DNA from: an uncultured virus (IMG/VR IMGVR_UViG_3300037488_003672)
Taxonomy: Duplodnaviria > Heunggongvirae > Uroviricota > Caudoviricetes
IMG/VR virus record: IMGVR_UViG_3300037488_003672
Length of the DNA: 57,250 nucleotides
Reading direction: 5' to 3' (one strand)
Part shown: positions 30,397 through 40,635 of the stretch, piece after piece
Layout: every line of letters starts with the position of its first letter
How positions within the stretch are numbered: the stretch's first letter is position 1
Position numbers and translations under genes: made by a program
Notes under the pieces: model-generated
The model's database searches: none
What the model saw: only the letters and a program-made list of their open reading frames with translations
What the model was told of the DNA's origin: nothing

Positions 30397-31162
30397 TTTG
30401 TTTCTTTCCTTGGATAAATTGATGTAATTTCAATTGGGTTTTATACGTTTTATGTTTGCCAATCCCATGAGCGATTCGTTTCTCAATATCGGGTGCATAT
30501 TCTTCCATGATTTCATAGCCGAGCCACGGGATTCCTAATTCTTCACACACTTCCGCAGTAGTACCAGAACCGAGAAAGGGATCAATAACTGATTTCATTT
30601 GTGATTGAAATATAACTTTTTTCCAAAATTGATATGATTTAGGACAAGGATGAATAAACATATCTTTTTTACAAATTCCTTGATGTAATAATCCAGTTAT
30701 TATATTAAAAGGAAATATTTTTTGTTTATGTTTATTCCAATATGGATCTTGTCCATACATTAAAAATATTTCTGCTTTTGTTAAATAACATAAAGATGAT
30801 AATCCTTGTCCATCAGATTTATTATGAATTAAATAATCTTTAGGATTTGTGTGTTCAATCCATGATTTAAGATTGGGATGTCCCGTTGAAATAATTTGTA
30901 AAGATGAAACTCTTTGTAATTCATTAAACCATTTCATATTCCAATCCATATATTCTTCATTTGTTTTATTATCTTCATATTCTATTTTATCTTGGATTGG
31001 ATGATCATTTATCTTTTGAGAATTTCCTTTCAGCTTAACATTATAGGGTGGATCTGTTAAGCATAAATCCCAACTCTGGTCTTTCAGTGATGGAAGTCCA
31101 TATGTTTCATTCATATTATCGCAGAATCGAACTTCCCCATAATTACCTTTAATTGTTTTCAT
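30383..31162 (-). CDS. N4C/N6A DNA methyltransferase (beta class)
   Basis: TDPPY, HPCPK, IDPFLGSG; C-terminal QLKLHQFI. Confidence 0.9.
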   Translation of the reverse strand: MKTIKGNYGEVRFCDNMNETYGLPSLKDQSWDLCLTDPPYNVKLKGNSQKINDHPIQDKIEYEDNKTNEEYMDWNMKWFNELQRVSSLQIISTGHPNLKSWIEHTNPKDYLIHNKSDGQGLSSLCYLTKAEIFLMYGQDPYWNKHKQKIFPFNIITGLLHQGICKKDMFIHPCPKSYQFWKKVIFQSQMKSVIDPFLGSGTTAEVCEELGIPWLGYEIMEEYAPDIEKRIAHGIGKHKTYKTQLKLHQFIQGKKQNENN

Positions 31163-31167
31163 ATTAA

Positions 31168-31401
31168 TTACCTTGGATAAATTGATTTAAGATAGTTTTC
31201 TGGCTTTCCGTTCTCTATCGCAAAAGGACAATCGGTTATGATCGTATCAACGCTTTCGTTAGGCAATTGCTCTAACCCTTTCAAACAATCCAGATTATAA
31301 CAACGATTTAACGAAAAATCACCAAGTTTCTCTTTTTTTAATTGGTGAGTAATATTGAACAACTTTAATATTGACATCATTGAGAGACTAATTTCAACCA
31401 T
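31168..31401 (-). pseudogene. Orphaned N-terminal fragment of the 29642-30328 methyltransferase
   Basis: NLDCLKGLEQLPNESVDTIITDCPF followed by an early stop. Confidence 0.75.
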
Positions 31402-31513
31402 CCATTTAATTATTGCTTTTTTTTGATTGAATCAATATATTTACCTAAATTCACGTGAATACTTATTTTCTAAAAAAACTGAAGATAATAAACAACAAAA
31501 TAGGAGTTATTAA

Positions 31514-32374
31514 ATGATCAATTTGCCTACTAAAAATATGCAAGGTTCCTATAATAATCATCCATTTAATTTAATCAACGAAGATATTTTTACCTATTTA
31601 CACGCCAATACCCAAATTCTCAATAAATATCGGCTTATTATTATCGATCCGCCTTATTCTTTAACTCAAAATATATGGGATCAAACCATATTCGATTTAA
31701 CAAAATTATGGGATTATTTACCCAATATTTTACTTGACGATGGATCAATTTTGATCTTTTCTCAACAGCCATTTAGCACAGATGTAATTCTTTCTAAGCG
31801 AGATCTTTATCGATATGAGATAATTTGGTTGAAAGAAAAAGGAACTCGCTTTTTTGAAGCTGAAAAACGTCTCCTCCCAGCTCACGAAAATATCCAACTT
31901 TTTAGCAAAAAATACCCTCATCTCTTCAATCCGATTAAATTTCAAGGAAAACCCTATAAAAAATTGCGAAAAAAGGAAAATAGCAGTTCAAACTATCAAA
32001 GTGATTCTAAAGACGAAATCTTAACAACTAACAATGGTGATCGTTATCCTTTGTCATACTTATATTTTCCACGTGATAATGCGAATATCGGAATCCATCC
32101 AACTCAAAAACCCGTTGATTTATTACGTTTTTTAATTAAGACGTATTCTAATGAGAATGATTCCATTTTGGATATATGTAGTGGAAGTGGGAGTACTATG
32201 ATTGCATCTCTTATGGAAAAAAGAAATATAGATTCTATTGAAAAAGATAAAACGATATATGAAAAAGCATGTAATAGACTTTCAACATATTTAATTGATG
32301 GAAAAGACCATTTATCAAAAAAAGATAAAACCAAACAATCAAGTAACTTAGATCACATTTTTTTATCTAAATAA
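31514..32374 (+). CDS. N4C/N6A DNA methyltransferase (beta class)
   Basis: IDPPY, HPTQKP, LDICSGSG. Confidence 0.92.
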   Translation: MINLPTKNMQGSYNNHPFNLINEDIFTYLHANTQILNKYRLIIIDPPYSLTQNIWDQTIFDLTKLWDYLPNILLDDGSILIFSQQPFSTDVILSKRDLYRYEIIWLKEKGTRFFEAEKRLLPAHENIQLFSKKYPHLFNPIKFQGKPYKKLRKKENSSSNYQSDSKDEILTTNNGDRYPLSYLYFPRDNANIGIHPTQKPVDLLRFLIKTYSNENDSILDICSGSGSTMIASLMEKRNIDSIEKDKTIYEKACNRLSTYLIDGKDHLSKKDKTKQSSNLDHIFLSK

Positions 32375-32377
32375 AAA

Positions 32378-33046
32378 TTAAATAAAAAAGGTATTATTCC
32401 ACGCCATTTTTTCATAATTCGTCTCACCATTAACGGTATAATTTAAAAATGGTCTAAACTGATTAAATCCTATTCGATTGCATACAAGATTGTTTAAATA
32501 AACGTCAGTAGACGTTGCTAATGGGATTTTCATAAACGGAGTATTTCCAAAATCCGCCATATTATAGTTATTGGTTCCATTCCATAGGGATAAATCACAA
32601 GCTTCTATGATGAAAAATTCATTAGTATCATTATGAGTAAAACTTAAGGTCAGATTTTTTCCATTAAAAATATGTTCGGGTTTCAAAAACGACATATTAT
32701 ATATTTCAACATCTAAAAACCATGACAGCAAGACTTGATCGATGAAATTCTGATTATGACCAATTGAATCATTGTAAAATTCTTTTCCGCTGACACTTAA
32801 AATATATAATGAATAATTATATCGATTGATTTCCGTTTGGTTATCATAATCATAAAAAATAATATTAAAATCTTGAGGAATAATAAAATTAATCGTTGTT
32901 TGCGTCTGTTCTTCAATTGGAACTTGCATCTTAGGAGGAAAGATCAATAATAATGAAAGAATTACAATACCCAATAGCAATACAACTTCAAGATTTCGTC
33001 TTCCATCTGAAAATACATCTTGATCGGATTTTATTATATATTTCAT
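32378..33046 (-). CDS. Single-pass membrane protein
   Basis: N-terminal TM, many N-x-S/T sequons. Confidence 0.65.
   Translation of the reverse strand: MKYIIKSDQDVFSDGRRNLEVVLLLGIVILSLLLIFPPKMQVPIEEQTQTTINFIIPQDFNIIFYDYDNQTEINRYNYSLYILSVSGKEFYNDSIGHNQNFIDQVLLSWFLDVEIYNMSFLKPEHIFNGKNLTLSFTHNDTNEFFIIEACDLSLWNGTNNYNMADFGNTPFMKIPLATSTDVYLNNLVCNRIGFNQFRPFLNYTVNGETNYEKMAWNNTFFI
32411..32434. repeat. 24-bp direct repeat, right copy
   Basis: Identical to 28868-28891. Confidence 0.9.
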
Positions 33047-33296
33047 ATATGTATCCTTTAATGAAAGAAATAAATAATCTTTTATAAAAATTTCTAAACT
33101 CGAAACAAATCTAATTTACTTCAATTAAATAATCGAAATTCATAAAATTCTCACTTAAAAGGGATTTTACTCACTTTATCATGATAATTCTCCTTCTCCA
33201 AATTACGCATAAAAGTAAAAAAAGTAATTTGTCATGTGAAAAAATATTTATATTCTTAAATGAATAATTCTAATACAGTATTAGTACTCATTATTT

Positions 33297-36014
33297 GTGA
33301 TATTTATGGTAAATAAGAAAAAAAATAAATCAAATAAACCCCATAAAGACGAAACTAATATATCTGAAAGTTCAGATTCTTTTAACTGGACTTTAGAAAG
33401 AGTCGGAATGGTTCTAAAAACACTCTATCTTATTATGATCGTCTCTATGTTTGTTTATTTAAGTACTTATCAATTGATGGAGGGAGAATATGCAATCTTC
33501 TTTTGGATGTTTGTTGCCATCTCTGGAGTGCTTAATTTGATTCAATTTAAAAACCAAAAACGAGATGTCTATTTTATTTATGTAGGATATGTCTCTTTAG
33601 TTTTTGCGATATTGGGAGTCTTAGATCTCTTTAATATTGGATTAGTTAATGTTCTTCCTAACATTCAATATGGTAATTATATCATATATCTAATTGTGGG
33701 AATTGTTTTAGGAAAATTATTAACTGAATACACAATGCATCAAAAAGAATGGGTTTCTACTGAAGCTGACGGTTCAAACAATAAATTTATCTTAGCTCTT
33801 ATTTCTAACCGTTATCAATTAAGCAGTTTATTAGCTACTTTAGGAATTGCTCTCTTAGTTGGAGGATACATGGCTGAAATGGAATGGTATTATACATATT
33901 TAATTTCTCTGTTAATGGTCATTCCATTGTTTGTCGCATTATTCAAAGATCTTTCCATAATCAATAAAACTCCCGAAGGAGTTCAAAAACCCTCTCTCGC
34001 ATCTCGAACCAATTTCTTCCAATTCTTAACCGAAATGATCGTTTCATTGGTCTTATTTGTAGTTTTAGTGTTTGTGATTTGGGGAACATTAGGCGTTGAT
34101 AACCAAAATTTTATCGGGTATGCCAATTGGATTAAAATGAGCATAATCTTAACTGTCGGATTTGAAGTCATTCTCCACATTATCTTTGAAAAATCAACCT
34201 TACGATCAATGTTTGCCAATATTCGAGAAGGAAATTTCTCAATGATGGGGAAAAAAACAGAAGTCGGAACTAACCTCGATGGAATGAGTGAATGGACTTT
34301 ACGAGAACAATTGATCTTAACCGAATTGCTTCTTACTTCTATGTTTATTGTCTGCTCAATTTATCTTGTGCAAGGAGTTTTAAACGTTGTTAATGAAGTT
34401 GGAGTATTTTCAACCACAATCATTCAATTGATTATTGCTTTTGCCTTTGCGATCATGAGCTTAACTGCAAGTCAATTTTATTATGCTGAATATCTACATA
34501 GAACAACTAAAATTGATTTATTACAAGCTCGAAAGTTGATCTATCTCTTTGGATTTGTTCATTTGATCATTTTAGCAATTGCCTTATCTTATTATGCGTT
34601 ATATGATAGTTCAATTGATATGTTTATGATCACCTCTCTTTCATCATTAATCATTTTCAGTGTGGTTATGATTCAAATTATGTCAGTTCCATCTTTCCCG
34701 AAAGAAAGTTATGATTCCATGCCTTCATCTATGACTCTTCTTTATGTGTTTGCAATCATTCTTGGCTGTCTTGCCATTGGATTTGGGATCTTCGGAGTAA
34801 TTCAAATTGAAACAATTGCTTATACCTATTTATTGTTGAGCGTTTTAGGAATTATTTTCGGAGTAATCATTGCAATAATCGGATCTTTGGGAATTATTAA
34901 GAAATACCAAAATGCAACCACTAAAAAAGATGAAATTAGCACAGCGGGTAGCTTTGGCGGATTAATTGTTTGTGGATTCGTGATCTATCTTGCAATCCAA
35001 ACACTCTTGACTAATTATAATATCTTTGCACTTGATTTTACTGACGGTGTAGTTACTGTTTGGGTTTGGGGATTAGTTATCGCCATTGGAGGATTCATTT
35101 TCTTCTTAGGAAAGATAATTGGAAATAATAAAACATTAACTAACGCCATGAATCGATCAGCTAAACGAAGACGTGATGAAGCTTTATCAAATGACACATG
35201 GATCATTATTTTGACTGTTGTTAATTGGTTATGCTTTATTTATTTCTTAGTCGTAGGCTTAATGACTACATTTGATAGTTATTCATACGGATCAATTCTA
35301 TTTGGAATGGTTGCTTTAGCTTCTACTATTGCCATTATTAGAAAAAAGATGGTGAAAGGCAAGACGGATGGCTTAAGTAATGATCAAGATGGTTATTATC
35401 AAAAAATTGGATCAATCGGCTTATTCCTTCAAATCGCCATGATCACAATCTTAATCTTAACAATCGTCAATTTCTTCATTAGATACGATGTAGCTAATTT
35501 GGATTTAAACAATGAAGCCATTTTAACAAATATCTGTTTAATGTTAGTTGCGATTGGAGTCTTCTTCACTATTTTAATTGGAGGAATTGCTAAAAAAGAT
35601 GCAATCGAAGAAGAAAGCGATGCTGAATCAACTTCAATTCCAAAAAGCGTTAAAATTATTGCGATTGTGTTTATCGGAGCTTTAATCAGTTTAGGCTTGT
35701 ATATGCTTATCGCTTATCCGTTTGAGATAGCATCAATCAACACTATTTTAGGTCTTGCAAGTTGTGTTCTCGCAGTAGTTCTCGGAGGCTTTTCTATTTT
35801 CTATTTTAGAGAAGAAAACGAAGCATTAGGCGAAAAATCAACCGAAATCAAAACAGATGGAACATTTGGATCTTCTGAATTGAATTTTATTACCGAGAAT
35901 AAAAATGTAATTAAATCCGAAAGTTTCTCTAAACCCGAAGAAATTAAACGAGTTACCCGAGGGTTTAAAGAAAAGAAATCCAAAAATTCAATCACTTATA
36001 CTTTTGATGTATAA
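33297..36014 (+). CDS. Very large polytopic membrane protein
   Basis: 905 aa, more than 20 hydrophobic helices in pairs; family not recognised. Confidence 0.8.
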   Translation: MIFMVNKKKNKSNKPHKDETNISESSDSFNWTLERVGMVLKTLYLIMIVSMFVYLSTYQLMEGEYAIFFWMFVAISGVLNLIQFKNQKRDVYFIYVGYVSLVFAILGVLDLFNIGLVNVLPNIQYGNYIIYLIVGIVLGKLLTEYTMHQKEWVSTEADGSNNKFILALISNRYQLSSLLATLGIALLVGGYMAEMEWYYTYLISLLMVIPLFVALFKDLSIINKTPEGVQKPSLASRTNFFQFLTEMIVSLVLFVVLVFVIWGTLGVDNQNFIGYANWIKMSIILTVGFEVILHIIFEKSTLRSMFANIREGNFSMMGKKTEVGTNLDGMSEWTLREQLILTELLLTSMFIVCSIYLVQGVLNVVNEVGVFSTTIIQLIIAFAFAIMSLTASQFYYAEYLHRTTKIDLLQARKLIYLFGFVHLIILAIALSYYALYDSSIDMFMITSLSSLIIFSVVMIQIMSVPSFPKESYDSMPSSMTLLYVFAIILGCLAIGFGIFGVIQIETIAYTYLLLSVLGIIFGVIIAIIGSLGIIKKYQNATTKKDEISTAGSFGGLIVCGFVIYLAIQTLLTNYNIFALDFTDGVVTVWVWGLVIAIGGFIFFLGKIIGNNKTLTNAMNRSAKRRRDEALSNDTWIIILTVVNWLCFIYFLVVGLMTTFDSYSYGSILFGMVALASTIAIIRKKMVKGKTDGLSNDQDGYYQKIGSIGLFLQIAMITILILTIVNFFIRYDVANLDLNNEAILTNICLMLVAIGVFFTILIGGIAKKDAIEEESDAESTSIPKSVKIIAIVFIGALISLGLYMLIAYPFEIASINTILGLASCVLAVVLGGFSIFYFREENEALGEKSTEIKTDGTFGSSELNFITENKNVIKSESFSKPEEIKRVTRGFKEKKSKNSITYTFDV

Positions 36015-36084
36015 GTTTTTTTTACTTTATTTTTCCCCCCTTAATCATAAAAACATTTATAATTTCACGTGATATAATTAAATC

Positions 36085-37506
36085 ATGGGAATAGAAAAAT
36101 TCAATCCACGATTTTTTGGGAATAAAAAATTTAGATTACGAGATCCCTTCATAATGCAATTGAAAAAGATCTTAACAGAGCATTCTTACGAATGGCAATT
36201 AGATTATTCCGATATTACAAAAATATATATTACTGGAGACAATATTAATGGCGAATATACAAGAGATACACCATTAGAAATTCGTCTTGAAATGCGAAAT
36301 ATTGCTGTGTTAAATAGTTTCATTAGACAAATTATGAGAACAATTCAAACAACAATGCGAGAATCTTCTCTCCTATTTAAAAATGCGAATTTAACCATAA
36401 TCGCAAGTAATTTGTCACCCAATATTCCTTTTTATTTTGATATTGTTAGAGATAAGATTTTTTTAAATCAATCAATTCGCAGTGCTTATGAATCACAAGA
36501 AGAAGAAGTAGAGGTTCCAATTGTTCAAAAAACGAAAAGAACTATCCCAAAACAAAAAGAATCACAAGAAGAAGTAGAGGTTCCAATTGTTCAAAAAACG
36601 AAAAAAAATGTTTCTAAAACTTATGGAACAACTATAAATATTGAACAAGAATCGAATAATCCCATTGTATATGTGCAACAAGAACCGCAACAAGAACCTA
36701 AAAAACAAACCAAAAAGACTCAAACACATGAACCCCTTATCGCAATTCCTATTAATTTTGAAGATGCTCTTAATATTTTACGTACCGAATCTAAAAAAAT
36801 TTATGAATATGGAAAGGGAGTATATTTTGAATCCGTTGAAAAAATAAATAATTTATTAACTGAAAGGGCATCTAAAAAAGCATTAAAAGGAGAACTTGAA
36901 GAAGAAGAAGAAGAAGAAGAAGAAGAAGAAGAAGAAGAAGAATCCGATGGATTTAAGCAAAATTCCCTAACTTCCTATATTACTCCCAGAGAAAAAATCC
37001 AAGAACCCACGAAGAAAGAAGCAAGATTATCGTTCGGAAAAATCAAATTAAGTCAAATTATCGCTTTAAATAAAGATATTGTTATAAAATCAACTCAAAT
37101 AGGCAAACCCGTTGTCATGGATCTTAGTCATGAGTATCTTCTTTGGCTGAAAGAATCAGCTGAAAAAGATGGATTTAAAGATATTTCATTCGTTCGCTCT
37201 TTAATCAATACATTTGAATCCTATCCCGACAAAGTCTCCGATGATCAATATGAAATCAATGAAATTTTCGAAGCAAAGAAGCAAAAATATACCCTAAATG
37301 ATTTCAATATATCAATAGAAGGGGAACCTCGAAGAGTACCCTATAAAATTGTCTTAGCACATATCAAAAACAAAAGAACGGGAAAGGAACTTAACGATTG
37401 GTTTCGCCCCTCACAAATTTCATCACCAAAAGCAATTAATCAATTCTTTTGGGGATTAGAAGGCAATGAAAAAGTAATTTCGCTTGAAGAAATTTTAAAA
37501 CAATAA
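36085..37506 (+). CDS. Protein with disordered acidic linker and PIP-like motif
   Basis: EVEVPIVQKTK x2, E15 tract, QNSLTSYI. Confidence 0.75.
   Translation: MGIEKFNPRFFGNKKFRLRDPFIMQLKKILTEHSYEWQLDYSDITKIYITGDNINGEYTRDTPLEIRLEMRNIAVLNSFIRQIMRTIQTTMRESSLLFKNANLTIIASNLSPNIPFYFDIVRDKIFLNQSIRSAYESQEEEVEVPIVQKTKRTIPKQKESQEEVEVPIVQKTKKNVSKTYGTTINIEQESNNPIVYVQQEPQQEPKKQTKKTQTHEPLIAIPINFEDALNILRTESKKIYEYGKGVYFESVEKINNLLTERASKKALKGELEEEEEEEEEEEEEEESDGFKQNSLTSYITPREKIQEPTKKEARLSFGKIKLSQIIALNKDIVIKSTQIGKPVVMDLSHEYLLWLKESAEKDGFKDISFVRSLINTFESYPDKVSDDQYEINEIFEAKKQKYTLNDFNISIEGEPRRVPYKIVLAHIKNKRTGKELNDWFRPSQISSPKAINQFFWGLEGNEKVISLEEILKQ
36898..36942 (+). repeat. (GAA)15 coding microsatellite
   Basis: Direct reading. 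Confidence 0.95.
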
Positions 37507-37531
37507 AGAAAAAAAGTTTTTTTACGTTTTC

Positions 37532-38386
37532 TTATGGTTCCAATATTACCTTATGAAAAAAGCCATATTTTCTCATATAATCAGTAAAATATTTCAATGT
37601 ATTGTCCTTCTTAAAGAGTGTTTTCTTAGGAATAACAACAATCGATATCTCCTTATTCTCTAATACAAATTTGAATCGGTTTATATCTGAAGTTTTATCT
37701 TCTTCAAGAGTTATCGCCAATTGATCAATATATTCTTCCACAATTGAAACTTCACTAAATAAATCATTTAAATCAATATTTTCATATTCTTCGATCATCT
37801 CTTCAAAATCAATTTTTTCTCCTTCGGTTCCCATTAAGAGATATTTCATTAAGCTTGGTGAAATTTCTCGCTCACACATAATATAATATAAATATTTAAC
37901 TTCAGTTGAATCAAAATCTTGATGAAACGGATGAGTAAAAAAGCGAAAGAACAACAATAATTCGTTTTGCAATCCTAAATCTAATACTTGTTTATTCAAA
38001 ATGGGATCTGTTAATGGTTGAGGGGGAAAAGGATGGTTATATGCTTTAATAATTTCCTCAATATTTAATCCTTCGATGGTTGGTTCCTTCTTTGTTGAGT
38101 CATCGATATATTGGTCACCAATATATATTGCTTTTTTTAATTCAAATGAAGGTAAATTAGATATTACGTTAGGATCTATGGAAGTATTCGGTCTAATTTC
38201 AAGCGTATCTTTCACTTCAAGAGAATTGATTTTCATCTGATACAACCGATTTATAATTTGTAGGGAATCAATCTCATTTTCAATTTTTTTCATTTCGTTT
38301 TTTAGAATAGAAACTAATTCTGGCTTTTCTATTTTTAAGGCTTCTAAAACTGAAATTTCTTTCATCATATCGATTATTTTCATCAT
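37532..38386 (-). CDS. Hypothetical protein
   Basis: 284-aa ORF. Confidence 0.7.
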   Translation of the reverse strand: MMKIIDMMKEISVLEALKIEKPELVSILKNEMKKIENEIDSLQIINRLYQMKINSLEVKDTLEIRPNTSIDPNVISNLPSFELKKAIYIGDQYIDDSTKKEPTIEGLNIEEIIKAYNHPFPPQPLTDPILNKQVLDLGLQNELLLFFRFFTHPFHQDFDSTEVKYLYYIMCEREISPSLMKYLLMGTEGEKIDFEEMIEEYENIDLNDLFSEVSIVEEYIDQLAITLEEDKTSDINRFKFVLENKEISIVVIPKKTLFKKDNTLKYFTDYMRKYGFFHKVILEP

Positions 38387-38481
38387 AACGATCTATCTTA
38401 TTTATTTCTCTTAGGCATAAATATATTGTGAAAACCGAAAAACAATTAAAAAAAGAAAATTCACGTGAATAAAGAATAAGA

Positions 38482-39777
38482 TTATGAAATCTGCTGTCCA
38501 ATTTTACGAATATTTTGACGAATCTGATCCAAACTAATTGTAGGAGCTAAATTAAAAATGCGACTAAATACAATTACATCGTCTTGCTGAATCAAATCGG
38601 AATCGGTTAGAATTATAAAATTCACATACTTTTCTTCTAATGGATAGGATTTATAGATCAATTCAAACTTTTTGCTCGGATCACTCTTAAATGTGGGAAT
38701 GATCACTTTTGACGAACGCAAAATATCTAAAAATGAATCCAATTCAAAACTTAAACCCCATTCTTTTAATTCCATTCGATTTATATTCGAATACAAGATT
38801 CGAACTTGTAATATTATTAATTCAATCGGAATTATAGCTGTTTTTAAATGATTAGAAAGCGTGAAAGCAGTATTTTGCACAATTTTATTAAAATCTTTTC
38901 CTTCTTTGGATGCACTACTTATATCTTCATTTAATTGAGTTAAATCGCCATAACCCAAATCGGTTAATTGTTTATACATTGAATTGATTGCTTCGATATC
39001 GTTTATGATTGCAGAATCCCCTAATGATTTTAAGTGTGATAAATCTTGAAATAATTCAATCGAATTGGTCTTCTTAATTGAATCGGATTTATCTTGAATC
39101 ATTTCCAAATTAAATTCATTAACCGATTGTAAAAACACAATAAAATCATTAACCATTTTACTTAACCGATTCGGATTTGTCATTATCTTTTCATTAAATT
39201 CAATCAATAAGGGGATCGCATAATTTTTCGAACTTAATTCCTCTACAATATCGTCTTGATTATGCTTAGTGGTTTTTGAAATACGCCATTTATGTGATTT
39301 AAAGAAATTCATGGTAAAATCAACAAGACTAACGTTTGATAATGCGTTTTTTTTGGTTTGAATTAAGATCATCATATCATTTTCTCCCCATGAATCATTT
39401 GACGGATACGAATGAATATCAAAGACTAAGGGGAGTTTATTAAAGACTCGTTTTTGATGACTACAAATAAATCGAATCATTTGGCGATAGAGAAAATCAT
39501 TTTCGTTAATCTCATCGTTTAAGCGAGCTGATTTTCGGTTCATATCGATAATTGATCGAGACGTTTTATTTTCTAAAATGAAAAAATCATTCTTAGCAAA
39601 ACGATTGATTTGTTTAAGGAAGGGAGATACAAAATAATCTGAAAGATGCAATTCTCTTTCTTGGGATAAATTATTCGAGAACGCATGTGTTCCCAATAAA
39701 AATATGGGATATTTTCCCGAAATAAACTCAAAATTATCGATCTGAGAAGTAATTGTTTCATTCAGCAAATTATTCAC
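38482..39777 (-). CDS. Protein with N-formylglutamate amidohydrolase-like (Zn hydrolase) N-terminal domain
   Basis: LLGTHA, IDMNR, VFDIHSYP, LLIEFN in the expected order. Confidence 0.55.
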   Translation of the reverse strand: MNNLLNETITSQIDNFEFISGKYPIFLLGTHAFSNNLSQERELHLSDYFVSPFLKQINRFAKNDFFILENKTSRSIIDMNRKSARLNDEINENDFLYRQMIRFICSHQKRVFNKLPLVFDIHSYPSNDSWGENDMMILIQTKKNALSNVSLVDFTMNFFKSHKWRISKTTKHNQDDIVEELSSKNYAIPLLIEFNEKIMTNPNRLSKMVNDFIVFLQSVNEFNLEMIQDKSDSIKKTNSIELFQDLSHLKSLGDSAIINDIEAINSMYKQLTDLGYGDLTQLNEDISSASKEGKDFNKIVQNTAFTLSNHLKTAIIPIELIILQVRILYSNINRMELKEWGLSFELDSFLDILRSSKVIIPTFKSDPSKKFELIYKSYPLEEKYVNFIILTDSDLIQQDDVIVFSRIFNLAPTISLDQIRQNIRKIGQQIS

Positions 39778-39827
39778 ACATGAAAATTATATATCTTATT
39801 GGTAATAAATATTCATTGTAGAAAATA

Positions 39828-40160
39828 ATGACCACATTTATTTTTCAACAAAATCAATTTCGAGTAAATTCATTACAATTAAGTAGAAAAACACTTTTAA
39901 AGGCATTAGCATCAATCTTTCACCAATTTCCAAAGCAAGATGAATTTACCATAAAAGAAATTCATTATGCTTCCTCAGATAAAACCATTCGAGCCATTAT
40001 TTTTATCTTTGAACAATTTGAATATCTGGAAGTATGCGAGAGCAGAGAGATTATTCCAAAGAAATATCGCTTTAAATCAAACGATCTATCTGCTATGATG
40101 AATGATCTAAAACAAATCGGCATCATTGCAACTAAAACCAATAAAATCCAGTGGGATTAA
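39828..40160 (+). CDS. Hypothetical protein, possible winged helix
   Basis: FTIKEI...helix...KKYRF pattern. Confidence 0.5.
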   Translation: MTTFIFQQNQFRVNSLQLSRKTLLKALASIFHQFPKQDEFTIKEIHYASSDKTIRAIIFIFEQFEYLEVCESREIIPKKYRFKSNDLSAMMNDLKQIGIIATKTNKIQWD

Positions 40161-40225
40161 AAAATAATTCACAAATTAATTTTTATCACGTGAGGTTTAA
40201 TAATTATTCCAACTAATATTCAAAT

Positions 40226-40528
40226 ATGAAACTCGAATATTATAAAATCATTTTTATTGTGTGTCTTATTTCGAATATTATATTTCTCTTAATCGAAACC
40301 CTTCTTCTTAAATCCATTTACTTCTCATTCTATTTATTAGCAACCTTCCCATTTTTGATTTTGAATGGAATTGTGGTAATTAAAAACACACATAAACAAA
40401 TCTTAATTCGAACAGAAAATAATTACCTCCCATCTAAATCTCATTCTCGAAGTGATTCTTCCATACTCTTTGTCTGGCAAGCTGTATCGTTATCATTTTT
40501 TATCTTTTTTACGATTCTCTATTTTTAG
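40226..40528 (+). CDS. Small membrane protein
   Basis: Three hydrophobic segments. Confidence 0.55.
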   Translation: MKLEYYKIIFIVCLISNIIFLLIETLLLKSIYFSFYLLATFPFLILNGIVVIKNTHKQILIRTENNYLPSKSHSRSDSSILFVWQAVSLSFFIFFTILYF

Positions 40529-40635
40529 TTTCTTTTCCGTTTTACTATGGTGATCTTTTTAAATATTAAAATTAATTATTATGTAGATAAATTTTATTTA
40601 TTCACATGAAAAATGAAATTTAAAGTGATAAAATT

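Larger units (their letters stand above)
28868..32434. mobile_element. Candidate 3.5-kb methyltransferase islet bounded by 24-bp direct repeats
   Basis: Exact flanking repeats; in-silico excision leaves both flanking ORFs intact. Confidence 0.45.
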
